DNA of 64,000 nt, taken from an uncultured Candidatus Binatia bacterium (lineage in GTDB: Bacteria > Desulfobacterota > Binatia > UBA9968 > JAJDTQ01). Positions 56,023 to 64,000 of this stretch are shown piece after piece. A program made the position numbers and the translations under genes. Each line of letters starts with the position of its first letter. Position 1 is the first letter of the stretch. The stretch is from contig OZ244070.1 of the NCBI GenBank assembly GCA_965215605.1, forward strand, positions 1,472,001 through 1,536,000, read 5' to 3'. Under the pieces are notes generated by a model. The model was not told the DNA's origin. It saw only the letters and a list, made by a program, of their open reading frames with translations, and did not search any database.

Positions 56023-57192
56023 ATGTCCACAACGCTGATCAAGAACATCGGGACTCTGGCCACCGGGATGCTGGAGGACCCCCTCCGGGACGCCGACTCC
56101 ATGCTCGTGGCGGACGGCATCATCCAGGAGGTCGGTAACGGCCTGGGCGGCAACGTGGACCGCACCATCGACGCCAACGGCACCACGGTGGTCCCCGGAC
56201 TCATCGACTCGCATTCCCATCCCACCTTCGGCAACTTCACGCCGGCCCAGAACTCCATGGGATGGATCACCCACTACATGCACGGCGGGGTCACCTCCAT
56301 CATTTCCGCCGGGGAGCTGCACGTGCCCGGGCTGCCGCTACCACCGGACCCGCTGTGCGCGGTATCGCTTTCCATCGTCGCCAAGCGCTGCTGGGACAAC
56401 CTGCGGCCCACCGGCGTCCGGGTGCACGGCGGCACGCTGCTGCTGGTGCCAGGCCTGGAAGAGAAGGACTTCGATACCATCGCCGAGGCGGGTGTCCGGC
56501 TGGTCAAGTTCATCTTCTACGACTACAGCCTCTTGCCCACGGGCGAGGCGGAGCGCTACGTGAAGTGGGCCAGGGCGCGGGACATCAAGGTCAAGATCCA
56601 TTCCGGCGGTGTCTCCCGCTCCGGCGTGAGCCAGGTGGCGGGGGTGGACATCGTCAAGGCCATCGACCCCGACGTCATCGGCCACAGCACCGGCGGCCCC
56701 ATCCCCATGCCGGAAGAAGACCTGCGCCGCATCGTGGCCGAGACCGAGTACTACGTCGAGATCTGCACTTCCGGCAACCTGCGCATGGGCATGGTGCTGG
56801 CGGACGCGGTCCGGCAGTGCGGAGCCGAGGCCCGGGTGCTGGTGGGCACGGACACGCCGGGCGGCACCGGGGTGGTCCCCCGGGGCATCCTGCGCGAGAT
56901 GTGCTTTCTGGCCTCCCTCGGCGGCGTCGCGCCGGAGCACGCCGTAGCCATGGCCACGGGCAACACCGGCCGCGCCCACGGCCTCGACCTCGGCATCATC
57001 GCCGAGGGCAGGCCCGCGGACCTGGTGATCATGGACCGCATCACCGGCTCGGTGTCCAGTGACGCCCTGGACTCGTTCGCCAAGGGCGACCTGCCGGGAA
57101 TCTCGGTGGTGATGATCGACGGCGAACTCACCGTGGCGGGGCGGAGCCAGCAGACGCCGCCCCCCGAGCGGGGAGTGGTCATCAGCGGCTGA
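56023..57192 (+). CDS. Enamidase-like amidohydrolase
   Basis: 'TLIKNIG', 'PGLIDSHSH', 'HGGVTSIISAGELH.PG', 'GVRVHGG', 'HSGG', 'GTDTPGGTGVVPRG', 'SQQTPP' follow the E. barkeri enamidase pattern. Confidence 0.8.
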   Translation: MSTTLIKNIGTLATGMLEDPLRDADSMLVADGIIQEVGNGLGGNVDRTIDANGTTVVPGLIDSHSHPTFGNFTPAQNSMGWITHYMHGGVTSIISAGELHVPGLPLPPDPLCAVSLSIVAKRCWDNLRPTGVRVHGGTLLLVPGLEEKDFDTIAEAGVRLVKFIFYDYSLLPTGEAERYVKWARARDIKVKIHSGGVSRSGVSQVAGVDIVKAIDPDVIGHSTGGPIPMPEEDLRRIVAETEYYVEICTSGNLRMGMVLADAVRQCGAEARVLVGTDTPGGTGVVPRGILREMCFLASLGGVAPEHAVAMATGNTGRAHGLDLGIIAEGRPADLVIMDRITGSVSSDALDSFAKGDLPGISVVMIDGELTVAGRSQQTPPPERGVVISG

Positions 57193-57313
57193 GGGGTCGT
57201 TTCTTGGACTATGAAATTGAGGTGCAGTGTGGCTGTAACTTACTGCCGGCACTGACAAAAGGGGCACGGCCGGCGGGCAGGACGCCGCGGCCGGCATCCA
57301 GGGAGGTTTCCCG

Positions 57314-58294
57314 GTGAGCTCACTACAGTACGGCGTGGGAATGTTTCCCACCGAATCCATGTCGCGCATCATCCAACTCAGCAAGCAGGCGGAGGATCTC
57401 GGCTACAGCCACATCTGGGTCGGCGACTCGCACCTCATCTGGCGCGAGGCCTTCGTCAACATGGCGGCGGTGGCGCTCAACACCTCGAAGGTGGTCATCG
57501 GCACCGGCGTCACCAACCCCGTGACCCGGCATCCCTCGGTGCTCGCCAGCGCGTATGCCACCCTGGACGAGCTGGCCCCCGGCCGGTTCGCGGTGGGCAT
57601 CGGCCTGGGCGACAGCTCGCTGGAAACCATGGGCCGCAAACAGGCGCGGCTGGCGGAGTTCGAGGAGGCGGTGGCGCAGATGCGGGCCGTCATCGAGGGC
57701 GGCGAGGCCGAGCTTGAGAGCGGCAGCAAGATACACCTCAACTTCGCCCAGAACCGGCAGATCCCGTTCTACGTGGCCGCCAGCGGCCCAAAGATGCTCG
57801 AGCTTTCCGGGCGCATCGCCGACGGCGTCATCATCCTCGTGGGCGTGGATTCCGGCGCCATCGAGCGGGCGGTGGAGCGGATCGCGGCCGGAGCGGAGTC
57901 GGCGGGCCGCAAGCTCTCCGACATCGACCTGGTGCTGTGGGTCCCGTGCGCGGTGTCCGAGAACCCCGGCGCCAAGGACGCGGTCAAGGCCCACGTGGCC
58001 CGGGTCATCGCCCACCCGCTGCCCTTCACCCTGGACGAGCAGGAGCAGAAGGTCCTGGACGACATCCACCAAGCCTACAACTACTACCAGCACATGGACC
58101 CGCTCGCCGCCCAGGCGCGCGTGATCCCGGACTGGCTGGTGGACAAGTTCGCGGTGGCCGGCACCCCGGACCAGTGCCGGGCCAAAGTGGCAGAGTTGAA
58201 GCAGAGTGCCATCAACCAGGTGGCGATCATTCCCTATAACGTCGGCGACGCCGACCGCGGCGAAACCCTGCGGCTCTTCGCCGGCGCCATGTAG
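57314..58294 (+). CDS. Luciferase-like (LLM) flavin/F420-dependent oxidoreductase, Mer-like
   Basis: 'AEDLGYSHIWVGDSH', 'IGTGVTNPVTRHP', 'GIGLGDS', 'YVAASGPKMLELSGRIADG'. Confidence 0.87.
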   Translation: MSSLQYGVGMFPTESMSRIIQLSKQAEDLGYSHIWVGDSHLIWREAFVNMAAVALNTSKVVIGTGVTNPVTRHPSVLASAYATLDELAPGRFAVGIGLGDSSLETMGRKQARLAEFEEAVAQMRAVIEGGEAELESGSKIHLNFAQNRQIPFYVAASGPKMLELSGRIADGVIILVGVDSGAIERAVERIAAGAESAGRKLSDIDLVLWVPCAVSENPGAKDAVKAHVARVIAHPLPFTLDEQEQKVLDDIHQAYNYYQHMDPLAAQARVIPDWLVDKFAVAGTPDQCRAKVAELKQSAINQVAIIPYNVGDADRGETLRLFAGAM

Positions 58295-58344
58295 ACAACG
58301 TCCTGCCCCAAACACCTCGTTGCGAGGCGGGACGCCAAGAACCA

Positions 58345-58719
58345 GTGCGAACTGTCACCCGCTACTACCTGTTTCAGATTCCCGGCTGGGCCTTGACGGC
58401 CGTGCTGGTGACGCTGCTGCACGCGTGGCTGGGGCTGCCGGTGTGGGTGGGCCTGACCGTCCTCGGGGTGGTGGTGCTGAAGGACGTCGTCTTCTATCCG
58501 TTCCTGCGCAGAGCCTACCAGTTGGAAGCCTCCGGCGCCGCCCGGCTTGTGGGCCTGCGCGGCGTCGCGCGCGACCCCTTGGACCCTACCGGCTACGTCT
58601 ACGTACGCGGTGAGCTGTGGCGCGCGCACACCGAGGCCGGTGCCGCGGCGATACCGGCGGGTGCCGAGGTCAGGGTCGTCCAGGGCCACCGCATGACGTT
58701 GACCGTGGCCGGGGATTAG
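58345..58719 (+). CDS. NfeD-like membrane protein (TM helices + C-terminal OB fold)
   Basis: 'LVGLRGVARDPLDPTGYVYVRGELWRA...GAEVRVV..HRMTLTV'. Confidence 0.78.
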   Translation: MRTVTRYYLFQIPGWALTAVLVTLLHAWLGLPVWVGLTVLGVVVLKDVVFYPFLRRAYQLEASGAARLVGLRGVARDPLDPTGYVYVRGELWRAHTEAGAAAIPAGAEVRVVQGHRMTLTVAGD

Positions 58720-58810
58720 TCAGACGACGACCACGCGTGCACTACGCGTCGTCTTCCTGACCTTTCTGGTAGCTACCAGAAATTTGATCGTACGGCTTCA
58801 GGCGTACAAC

Positions 58811-59788
58811 CTACAAGAACCCCTTGTCCTTGTAGAACTGCTTCGCGCCAGGATGCAGCGGAATCCCCAACGGACTGGCGTCGGTGTCGCGGCAGACCTC
58901 CTTGATGTTCAGCCGTGCGGCGTCCACAGGAATGTCGCGGCGGCGCCGGTAGATGGACTCGCAGAGCGAGTAGGCCATGTCCTTGCTCAACCACTTGTGG
59001 GTGATGATGGGCCAGCCGCTGAAGTCCACGGTGCGGATGTCTTCCTTGAGCCCGGGGAACCGCCGCCTGGGAATCACCGCGCGCTTGAATCCCAGGGCCT
59101 CCATGCCCCGGATCACGTCCTCGTCGAGGTGGAGCACCTGGTAGCCGTTCTCCAGCGCGGCCTCAAGCCACTTGGTGGACAAGCCCTCATCGAAGACCGC
59201 GTCCACGCGCCTCGCCTTGATGGATTCGATGCGCTTGGGGGAGGAAGGATGGGCGCACTCGTCGATCTCGCCGCCCCAACGCGTGATCTTGCGGAAAGTC
59301 AGCCCGTAGAGCGACATGATGGTGGAGATGGCGTAGTGGGTGGAGTTGTCGATGCCCGCGGTGCGGGTGGAGACTCTTAGCGGTATCCTGTTCTTGACGA
59401 TGTCCCGGACCGAGCGGACGCCGAGTTCCGCCGACACCACAAAGGCGATGCGATCCCACGAGGGGAAGCTGGCCAGCGCGCGCAGGGGCAGCGCTTCCTT
59501 GTAGTATCCCTTGCCGAGGTAGCACATGGTGGCGATCACCGAGGGGTTGACCTGGGAGACGTCCACGCGGCGCTTCCCCACCTCGATGGGCGTCTTCATG
59601 CCGCCCAGGAGCTCGCCGTGGACGCCGAACCGGAGCGGTGGGAAGATATTGTCTTCCTCGTCAGTGGAACGGATGGACACGTCCAGCGCCACCCCCAGGT
59701 CGAGCTTGCGGTCGGCGTAGACCCCGGCGGCCAACTCCAGCATCGTTTTGACCCGCTTCATCCGTGAATTCGGTTTCTGTTGCGCCAT
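58811..59788 (-). CDS. TAXI-family TRAP solute-receptor-like protein, no evident signal peptide
   Basis: 'PLRALASFP', C-terminal 'GIPLHPGAKQFYKDKGFL'. Confidence 0.7.
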   Translation of the reverse strand: MAQQKPNSRMKRVKTMLELAAGVYADRKLDLGVALDVSIRSTDEEDNIFPPLRFGVHGELLGGMKTPIEVGKRRVDVSQVNPSVIATMCYLGKGYYKEALPLRALASFPSWDRIAFVVSAELGVRSVRDIVKNRIPLRVSTRTAGIDNSTHYAISTIMSLYGLTFRKITRWGGEIDECAHPSSPKRIESIKARRVDAVFDEGLSTKWLEAALENGYQVLHLDEDVIRGMEALGFKRAVIPRRRFPGLKEDIRTVDFSGWPIITHKWLSKDMAYSLCESIYRRRRDIPVDAARLNIKEVCRDTDASPLGIPLHPGAKQFYKDKGFL

Positions 59789-59914
59789 TCCGTCCCCCTT
59801 TCGAACGTTCCTGACCGTGTACCAAATCGCGCGGCCGGCCGCGAATCCGCGCGACGAGGCCGGCGGAGCGCCCTCCGCGGGTGGCGTTCCTTGCAGTCCC
59901 GGGACCCCTCAAGT

Positions 59915-61174
59915 ATGAATAATGCCATGAGCGACACCGCGCAGCGCCTCAAGGAGGTCATCGACGACGACCGGCAGGATCTGGTCCAGTTGTGCCTGGA
60001 GTTGGGTGGCATGCCGAGCCCGCACGCCAAGGAAAGGGCCCTTGGCGAAGCGGTGGTGGCATGGCTCGAGCGAAACGGCATCGAGAGCTGGCTCCAGTGG
60101 ATCACCGACGAAAGCGTCAACGCCGTCGGGATGATCCGGGGCTCGGGCGACGGCTCCAGCCTGATCCTCAACGCACACATGGACACCGGCCCCGAGCTTC
60201 CGGCCGACGCCTCCGAGGCGGACGTACGGATGGAGGGGGCATGGGTCGACGGCGAGCTGATGTTCGGCAAGGGCCTCATCAACGACAAGGCCCAGCTCTG
60301 CGCCTTCATGATCGCGACCAGGGCGATCAAGAAGGCCGGCATCGCGCTCGGCGGCGACTTGTACGTCACCGGCGTCGCCTTCGAGACCGGCGAGCCGTCG
60401 GTGGACGACACCCAGGGAGTGAACTTCCCCGGCGAGGGTCTCGGCGCCAAGTGGCTGATCGACCGGGGCGTCACCGCCGACTACTGCCTCGTGGGGGAAA
60501 CGTCCGGATTCGGCATCATCATGGGGGAATGCGGCGCGGTGTGGCTCAAGATCCGCTGCCAGGGACGCGAGCTGTACACGCCGCGGCTGGCCCGGGGGGA
60601 ATCCCTGCGCGAGCATCCCAACCCGTACATCAAGATGGCCCATGCGGTGATGGCGCTGGAACAGTGGGCCATCAACTACGAACACGAGGCGCGCTTCGAG
60701 TTTCCAGGCGGCACCATGATCCCCAAGGCCCAGGTGGTGGGGGTGCGTGGCGGTCCCGGCTACTGCGACATCTACTACGACGTGCGCATCGTCCCCAAGA
60801 CCGATCCCCAAGCCATCAAGCGCGGAATCGAGGGGGTGATGGCGACCCTGGACTTCGACTCCGAGGTGTCGGTCTACCAGTATTCCAGGGGGCACGTGGC
60901 GCGGAACGCCGACATGCTCATCGACTCCATCGACCAGGCACACCGGGACGTCATGGGCACCGAGCCCCCGGCGCCGCCGTCGGCCGAGATCAGCATGTGG
61001 CGGGACATGAACGTGTTCAACGAGGTGGGGATTCCGGCCGTATGCTACGGGCCGCCGCGGCAGAAGGAGACCATCAGTCAGGCGCGGAACCGCGCCATGA
61101 AGATCGATGATCTCGTCGCCGCGACCAAGGTGTACGCGCTCACCATCCTGTCGGTGTGCGGGGAAGCGAAGTGA
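59915..61174 (+). CDS. M20 family metallopeptidase/deacylase (ArgE/DapE-like), divergent metal site
   Basis: 'GSGDGSSLILNAHMDT', 'GKGLINDKAQ', 'VGET', 'GIPAVCYGP'. Start may be 59927. Confidence 0.82.
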   Translation: MNNAMSDTAQRLKEVIDDDRQDLVQLCLELGGMPSPHAKERALGEAVVAWLERNGIESWLQWITDESVNAVGMIRGSGDGSSLILNAHMDTGPELPADASEADVRMEGAWVDGELMFGKGLINDKAQLCAFMIATRAIKKAGIALGGDLYVTGVAFETGEPSVDDTQGVNFPGEGLGAKWLIDRGVTADYCLVGETSGFGIIMGECGAVWLKIRCQGRELYTPRLARGESLREHPNPYIKMAHAVMALEQWAINYEHEARFEFPGGTMIPKAQVVGVRGGPGYCDIYYDVRIVPKTDPQAIKRGIEGVMATLDFDSEVSVYQYSRGHVARNADMLIDSIDQAHRDVMGTEPPAPPSAEISMWRDMNVFNEVGIPAVCYGPPRQKETISQARNRAMKIDDLVAATKVYALTILSVCGEAK

Positions 61175-61186
61175 GGGGAGGTTGCC

Positions 61187-61576
61187 TTGGGTAGCTCGAA
61201 GGCGGTCACACGCGGGGTCCGGGTCGAGGTCAGCACCGAATACGACCCCAACCGTTCATTCCCCGAGCACAACCGCTGGTTCTATCTCTACACCGTGGAG
61301 ATCAGCAACGAAGGCTCGGAAACCGTGCAACTCGTAAGCCGCCACTGGATCATCACGGATGCCTCCGGCCACATGGAGGAGGTCAAGGGTCCGGGCGTGG
61401 TGGGCGAAAGCCCCGTGCTGGAAGAGGGAGAGTCCTTCGAGTACACCTCCGGCTGCCCGCTGTCGACCCCCTACGGCACCATGCACGGCACCTACCAGAT
61501 GGTCACCTCCGACGGCGACCGCTTCGACGCCCAGATCGCCGAGTTCGTGCTCGGCGAGCCGCGGTCGCTGCACTAG
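61187..61576 (+). CDS. apaG: ApaG protein
   Basis: 'YTVEISNEG..TVQLVSRHWIITD', 'GPGVVGE.P', 'YTSGCPL.TP.GTMHG'. Confidence 0.93.
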   Translation: MGSSKAVTRGVRVEVSTEYDPNRSFPEHNRWFYLYTVEISNEGSETVQLVSRHWIITDASGHMEEVKGPGVVGESPVLEEGESFEYTSGCPLSTPYGTMHGTYQMVTSDGDRFDAQIAEFVLGEPRSLH

Positions 61577-61619
61577 CGCGCCTCATCCGCGGTCCCTTCG
61601 GACTTGGCCGTTCTGCCGG

Positions 61620-63848
61620 CTACCCCTTCCGGCTCAGCGCCTCGAACACCTTCTCGGACGTGATCGGCAGCGACGTGATGCGGGCACCGCAGGCGTCGGC
61701 CACGGCGTTGGCGATGGCTCCCGCGGTGGGGATGTTGGCGGTCTCGCCGATGGCCATGCTGTTGTAGGGGCCCGGCCCGCGTTTGTGCTCCGTCACCAGG
61801 GTGGTCAGCTCCGGGACGTCCCGGACCGTGGGGATCTTGTAGTCGCCGAAGTTGGCGGTGGTGACCTTGCCGTCGTCCACCATGAGGTGCTCCATCAGGC
61901 CGTAGCCGATGCCGGTCATGCTGGCGCCCTCGATCTGGCCCTGGTGCATGAGCGGGTTCAGGATGGTGCCGGTGCTGTGGCTCGTGACCAGCCGCTTGAG
62001 CTCGATGTTGCCGGTCTCGGGGTCCACCTCCACCTCGGCGATCTGCGCGCACATGGCGGCATCCGCCACCTTGGAGGTGTCGTCGTAGAGCCCCTCGGTC
62101 TCGATGGCCGAGCCCTTGGCCTTGACTACGTCGGCGTAGCTCATGCCCCGGTCGGCGCTCTTGTGCACCACCTGTCCGTCGGAAAGGTCGAGGTCTTCCC
62201 TGGGCGCGTCCAGCGCGTTGGCGCCGGCGTCCAGGAGCTCCTCCCGCGTCTTCATGATGCCGTCGTAGCCCGCGTTGCCATAGACCCGGGTGCCGCGGCT
62301 GCCGCCCAGGCCGGAGTCCTGGATGCCGGCGCTGGTGTCGAAGTGCTCGAACTTGATGTTCTCGGCCGGGATCTTGAGCTCCTGCTCCGCCATCTGCTCC
62401 AGCAGCGTGAAGGTGCCGACGCCCTGGTCTAGCATGGCCGAGGAAACCGTCAGCGTGCCGGTTTCGTCCAGCCGAAATTTCACCAACCCCTTGCCGCCGT
62501 TCACCGACCACTGCACCAAGCCGATGCCCCTGCCCACGTTCTTGGGCCGGGGCTCGTAGTACTTGACCTCGTCAAGGGCCTTGTCGAACACCGCGTTGGA
62601 GCCGACGTAGTCGACCTTCTCGCCCACCGGCGAGTCGTGGACCCCCTCCAGCAGGTTCTTCTTGCGCAGCTCCGCCGGATTCATGCCAAGCGCCTCGGCC
62701 AGCAGGTCGAGCTGGCTCTCGTTGGCGAAGAATCCCTGCGGGTCGCCCGGCGAGCGCATGTGCCCGCACGGCACCTGGTTGGTGTAAACCATGTGCTCTT
62801 CCACGAACGTATTGGGCATGTTGTAGGGGCCGGGGGACTTCTGCGGTCCGCCGAGGATGCCGTTGGGCTTGAAAGCGCAGTAGGCGCCGGTATCGAAGAT
62901 GAAGTCCATGTGGTGGGCGGTGATGGTGCCGTCCTTCTTGGCCCCGGTCTTGACCTTGATGATGGAAGCGTGGCGCGGGTTGCCGGCAATGAACTCCTCG
63001 TCGTAGTCCATGACGATCTTGACCGGACGGCCGCCGCTCTTCTTCGACAGCGAGTAGCACAGGGCGATGTCCATGAAGTCGCCCTTGCCGCCGAAGTCGC
63101 CGCCGATGTAGCACGGATGCACCACGATGGTCTCGGGGTCCACCTGCACCGCGGCGGCTACCTGACCGCGGATGCCGTAGGGCACCTTGCTGCACGCCCA
63201 GATCTCGGCCGCGCCGGTGGCCGGGTCGGTCCTGGCCACGCAGGAATGCGGCTCGATGTAGGCTTGGTGGACCTTGGGCGTGGTGAAGGTGTTCTCGACG
63301 ATGACGTCCGCCTCCTCGAATCCCTTGTCGATGTCGCCCTTTTCCCAGCTGACGTAGATCACCCGGTTGGTGGGGCCGTCGAGCTTCTGCGGCAGCCCCT
63401 TGTAGGTATGCACCTCCGGGTGAAGCAGCGTCGCCGAGGACTCCATGGCCTCCACGGGATCGAGGACGGGATCCAATTCCTCGTACTCCACCTCGATGAG
63501 CGCGGCGGCTTCCTCGGCCGCGTCCTCGGTCTCGGCGGACACCGCCGCCACCTTCTCGCCGATGAAGCGCACGATGCCGTCGGCCACGATGGGCATGTCC
63601 ACCACGCGCCGGCCGATGCGCAGTCCGGCGACGTCCTCGCCGGTGAGAATTCCGACGACGCCCGGTACCTGCATGGCCTTGCTGGTGTCGATGCTCTTGA
63701 TGCGGCCATAGGAGATGGGACTGCGCAGGATCTTGCCCCAGAGCATGTCCGGGAACGTGACGTCCACCGCGTACTTGGCCTTGCCGCTTACCTTGTATTC
63801 ACCATCGATGCGGGGTGTGGAAACCCCCACGCTGTGCTTTTCCGCCAT
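61620..63848 (-). CDS. Xanthine dehydrogenase-family molybdopterin-binding subunit
   Basis: 'RIDGEYKVSG.AKY', 'HQAYIEPH', 'IGGDFGGKG', 'GHMRSPG', 'GQIEG', 'AIGE'; GAGG RBS. Confidence 0.9.
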   Translation of the reverse strand: MAEKHSVGVSTPRIDGEYKVSGKAKYAVDVTFPDMLWGKILRSPISYGRIKSIDTSKAMQVPGVVGILTGEDVAGLRIGRRVVDMPIVADGIVRFIGEKVAAVSAETEDAAEEAAALIEVEYEELDPVLDPVEAMESSATLLHPEVHTYKGLPQKLDGPTNRVIYVSWEKGDIDKGFEEADVIVENTFTTPKVHQAYIEPHSCVARTDPATGAAEIWACSKVPYGIRGQVAAAVQVDPETIVVHPCYIGGDFGGKGDFMDIALCYSLSKKSGGRPVKIVMDYDEEFIAGNPRHASIIKVKTGAKKDGTITAHHMDFIFDTGAYCAFKPNGILGGPQKSPGPYNMPNTFVEEHMVYTNQVPCGHMRSPGDPQGFFANESQLDLLAEALGMNPAELRKKNLLEGVHDSPVGEKVDYVGSNAVFDKALDEVKYYEPRPKNVGRGIGLVQWSVNGGKGLVKFRLDETGTLTVSSAMLDQGVGTFTLLEQMAEQELKIPAENIKFEHFDTSAGIQDSGLGGSRGTRVYGNAGYDGIMKTREELLDAGANALDAPREDLDLSDGQVVHKSADRGMSYADVVKAKGSAIETEGLYDDTSKVADAAMCAQIAEVEVDPETGNIELKRLVTSHSTGTILNPLMHQGQIEGASMTGIGYGLMEHLMVDDGKVTTANFGDYKIPTVRDVPELTTLVTEHKRGPGPYNSMAIGETANIPTAGAIANAVADACGARITSLPITSEKVFEALSRKG

Positions 63849-63966
63849 TGGCTCACCTCTGGAAGGTTGTTGAAGATGCGGGTGTCGAGACCCTGGAAAC
63901 AAAGCACCTTCCTTACCACACGAGTCGGTCAATGTGTAATTGTCAGCGGTCCGCCAGCGCTCGAAC

Positions 63967-63999
63967 AAAAACGGCCCGGCAGTGGGTACTGCCGGGCCG
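63967..63999 (-). terminator. Rho-independent terminator of an upstream minus-strand transcript
   Basis: On the minus strand: cggcccggcagt-accc-actgccgggccg-TTTTT, a perfect 12-bp stem. Confidence 0.8.
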
Positions 64000-64000
64000 G

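Noticed and set aside
63849-63966. Possible Moco riboswitch or leader upstream of the Mo-enzyme gene
   Set aside because: Only a short ggaaggt/accttcc complementarity is present. I could not recognise the Moco RNA motif, and an Infernal search would be needed.

Overview
High-GC bacterial chromosome segment. The gene repertoire resembles Deltaproteobacteria/Binatia-type organisms, which is an inference. It is densely coding, and I saw no rRNA, tRNA, CRISPR array, integrase or transposase. Housekeeping genes are groES-groEL, tmk-holB-metG-tatD-aroE, pilD with three minor pilins, sthA and apaG. Catabolic genes are numerous: a hydantoinase-B/acetone-carboxylase-gamma fusion, an aroyl-CoA ligase, a CoxMSL-type Mo hydroxylase coupled to a ferritin-like gene, UbiD, an enamidase-like amidohydrolase, an LLM reductase and a second Mo-hydroxylase large subunit. 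Transporters are TctC/TctA, Liv-type and Aap/Bzt-type ABC systems, and a TAXI-like protein. The most notable feature is a lower-GC two-gene insert (37118-41168) encoding a PHP-phosphoesterase/SMC-like ABC ATPase overlapping a Schlafen/AlbA_2-HATPase_c_4 protein. It is a candidate anti-phage module sitting inside a catabolic gene run. Other points of interest are an EndoQ-UvrD fusion, a stand-alone reductive-dehalogenase-like protein, two genes hollowed out by internal deletions (nahE-like aldolase and higB), several enzymes with altered catalytic residues, and REP-like or long hairpins after substrate-binding-protein genes. All family assignments come from motif recognition by eye, not from database searches.
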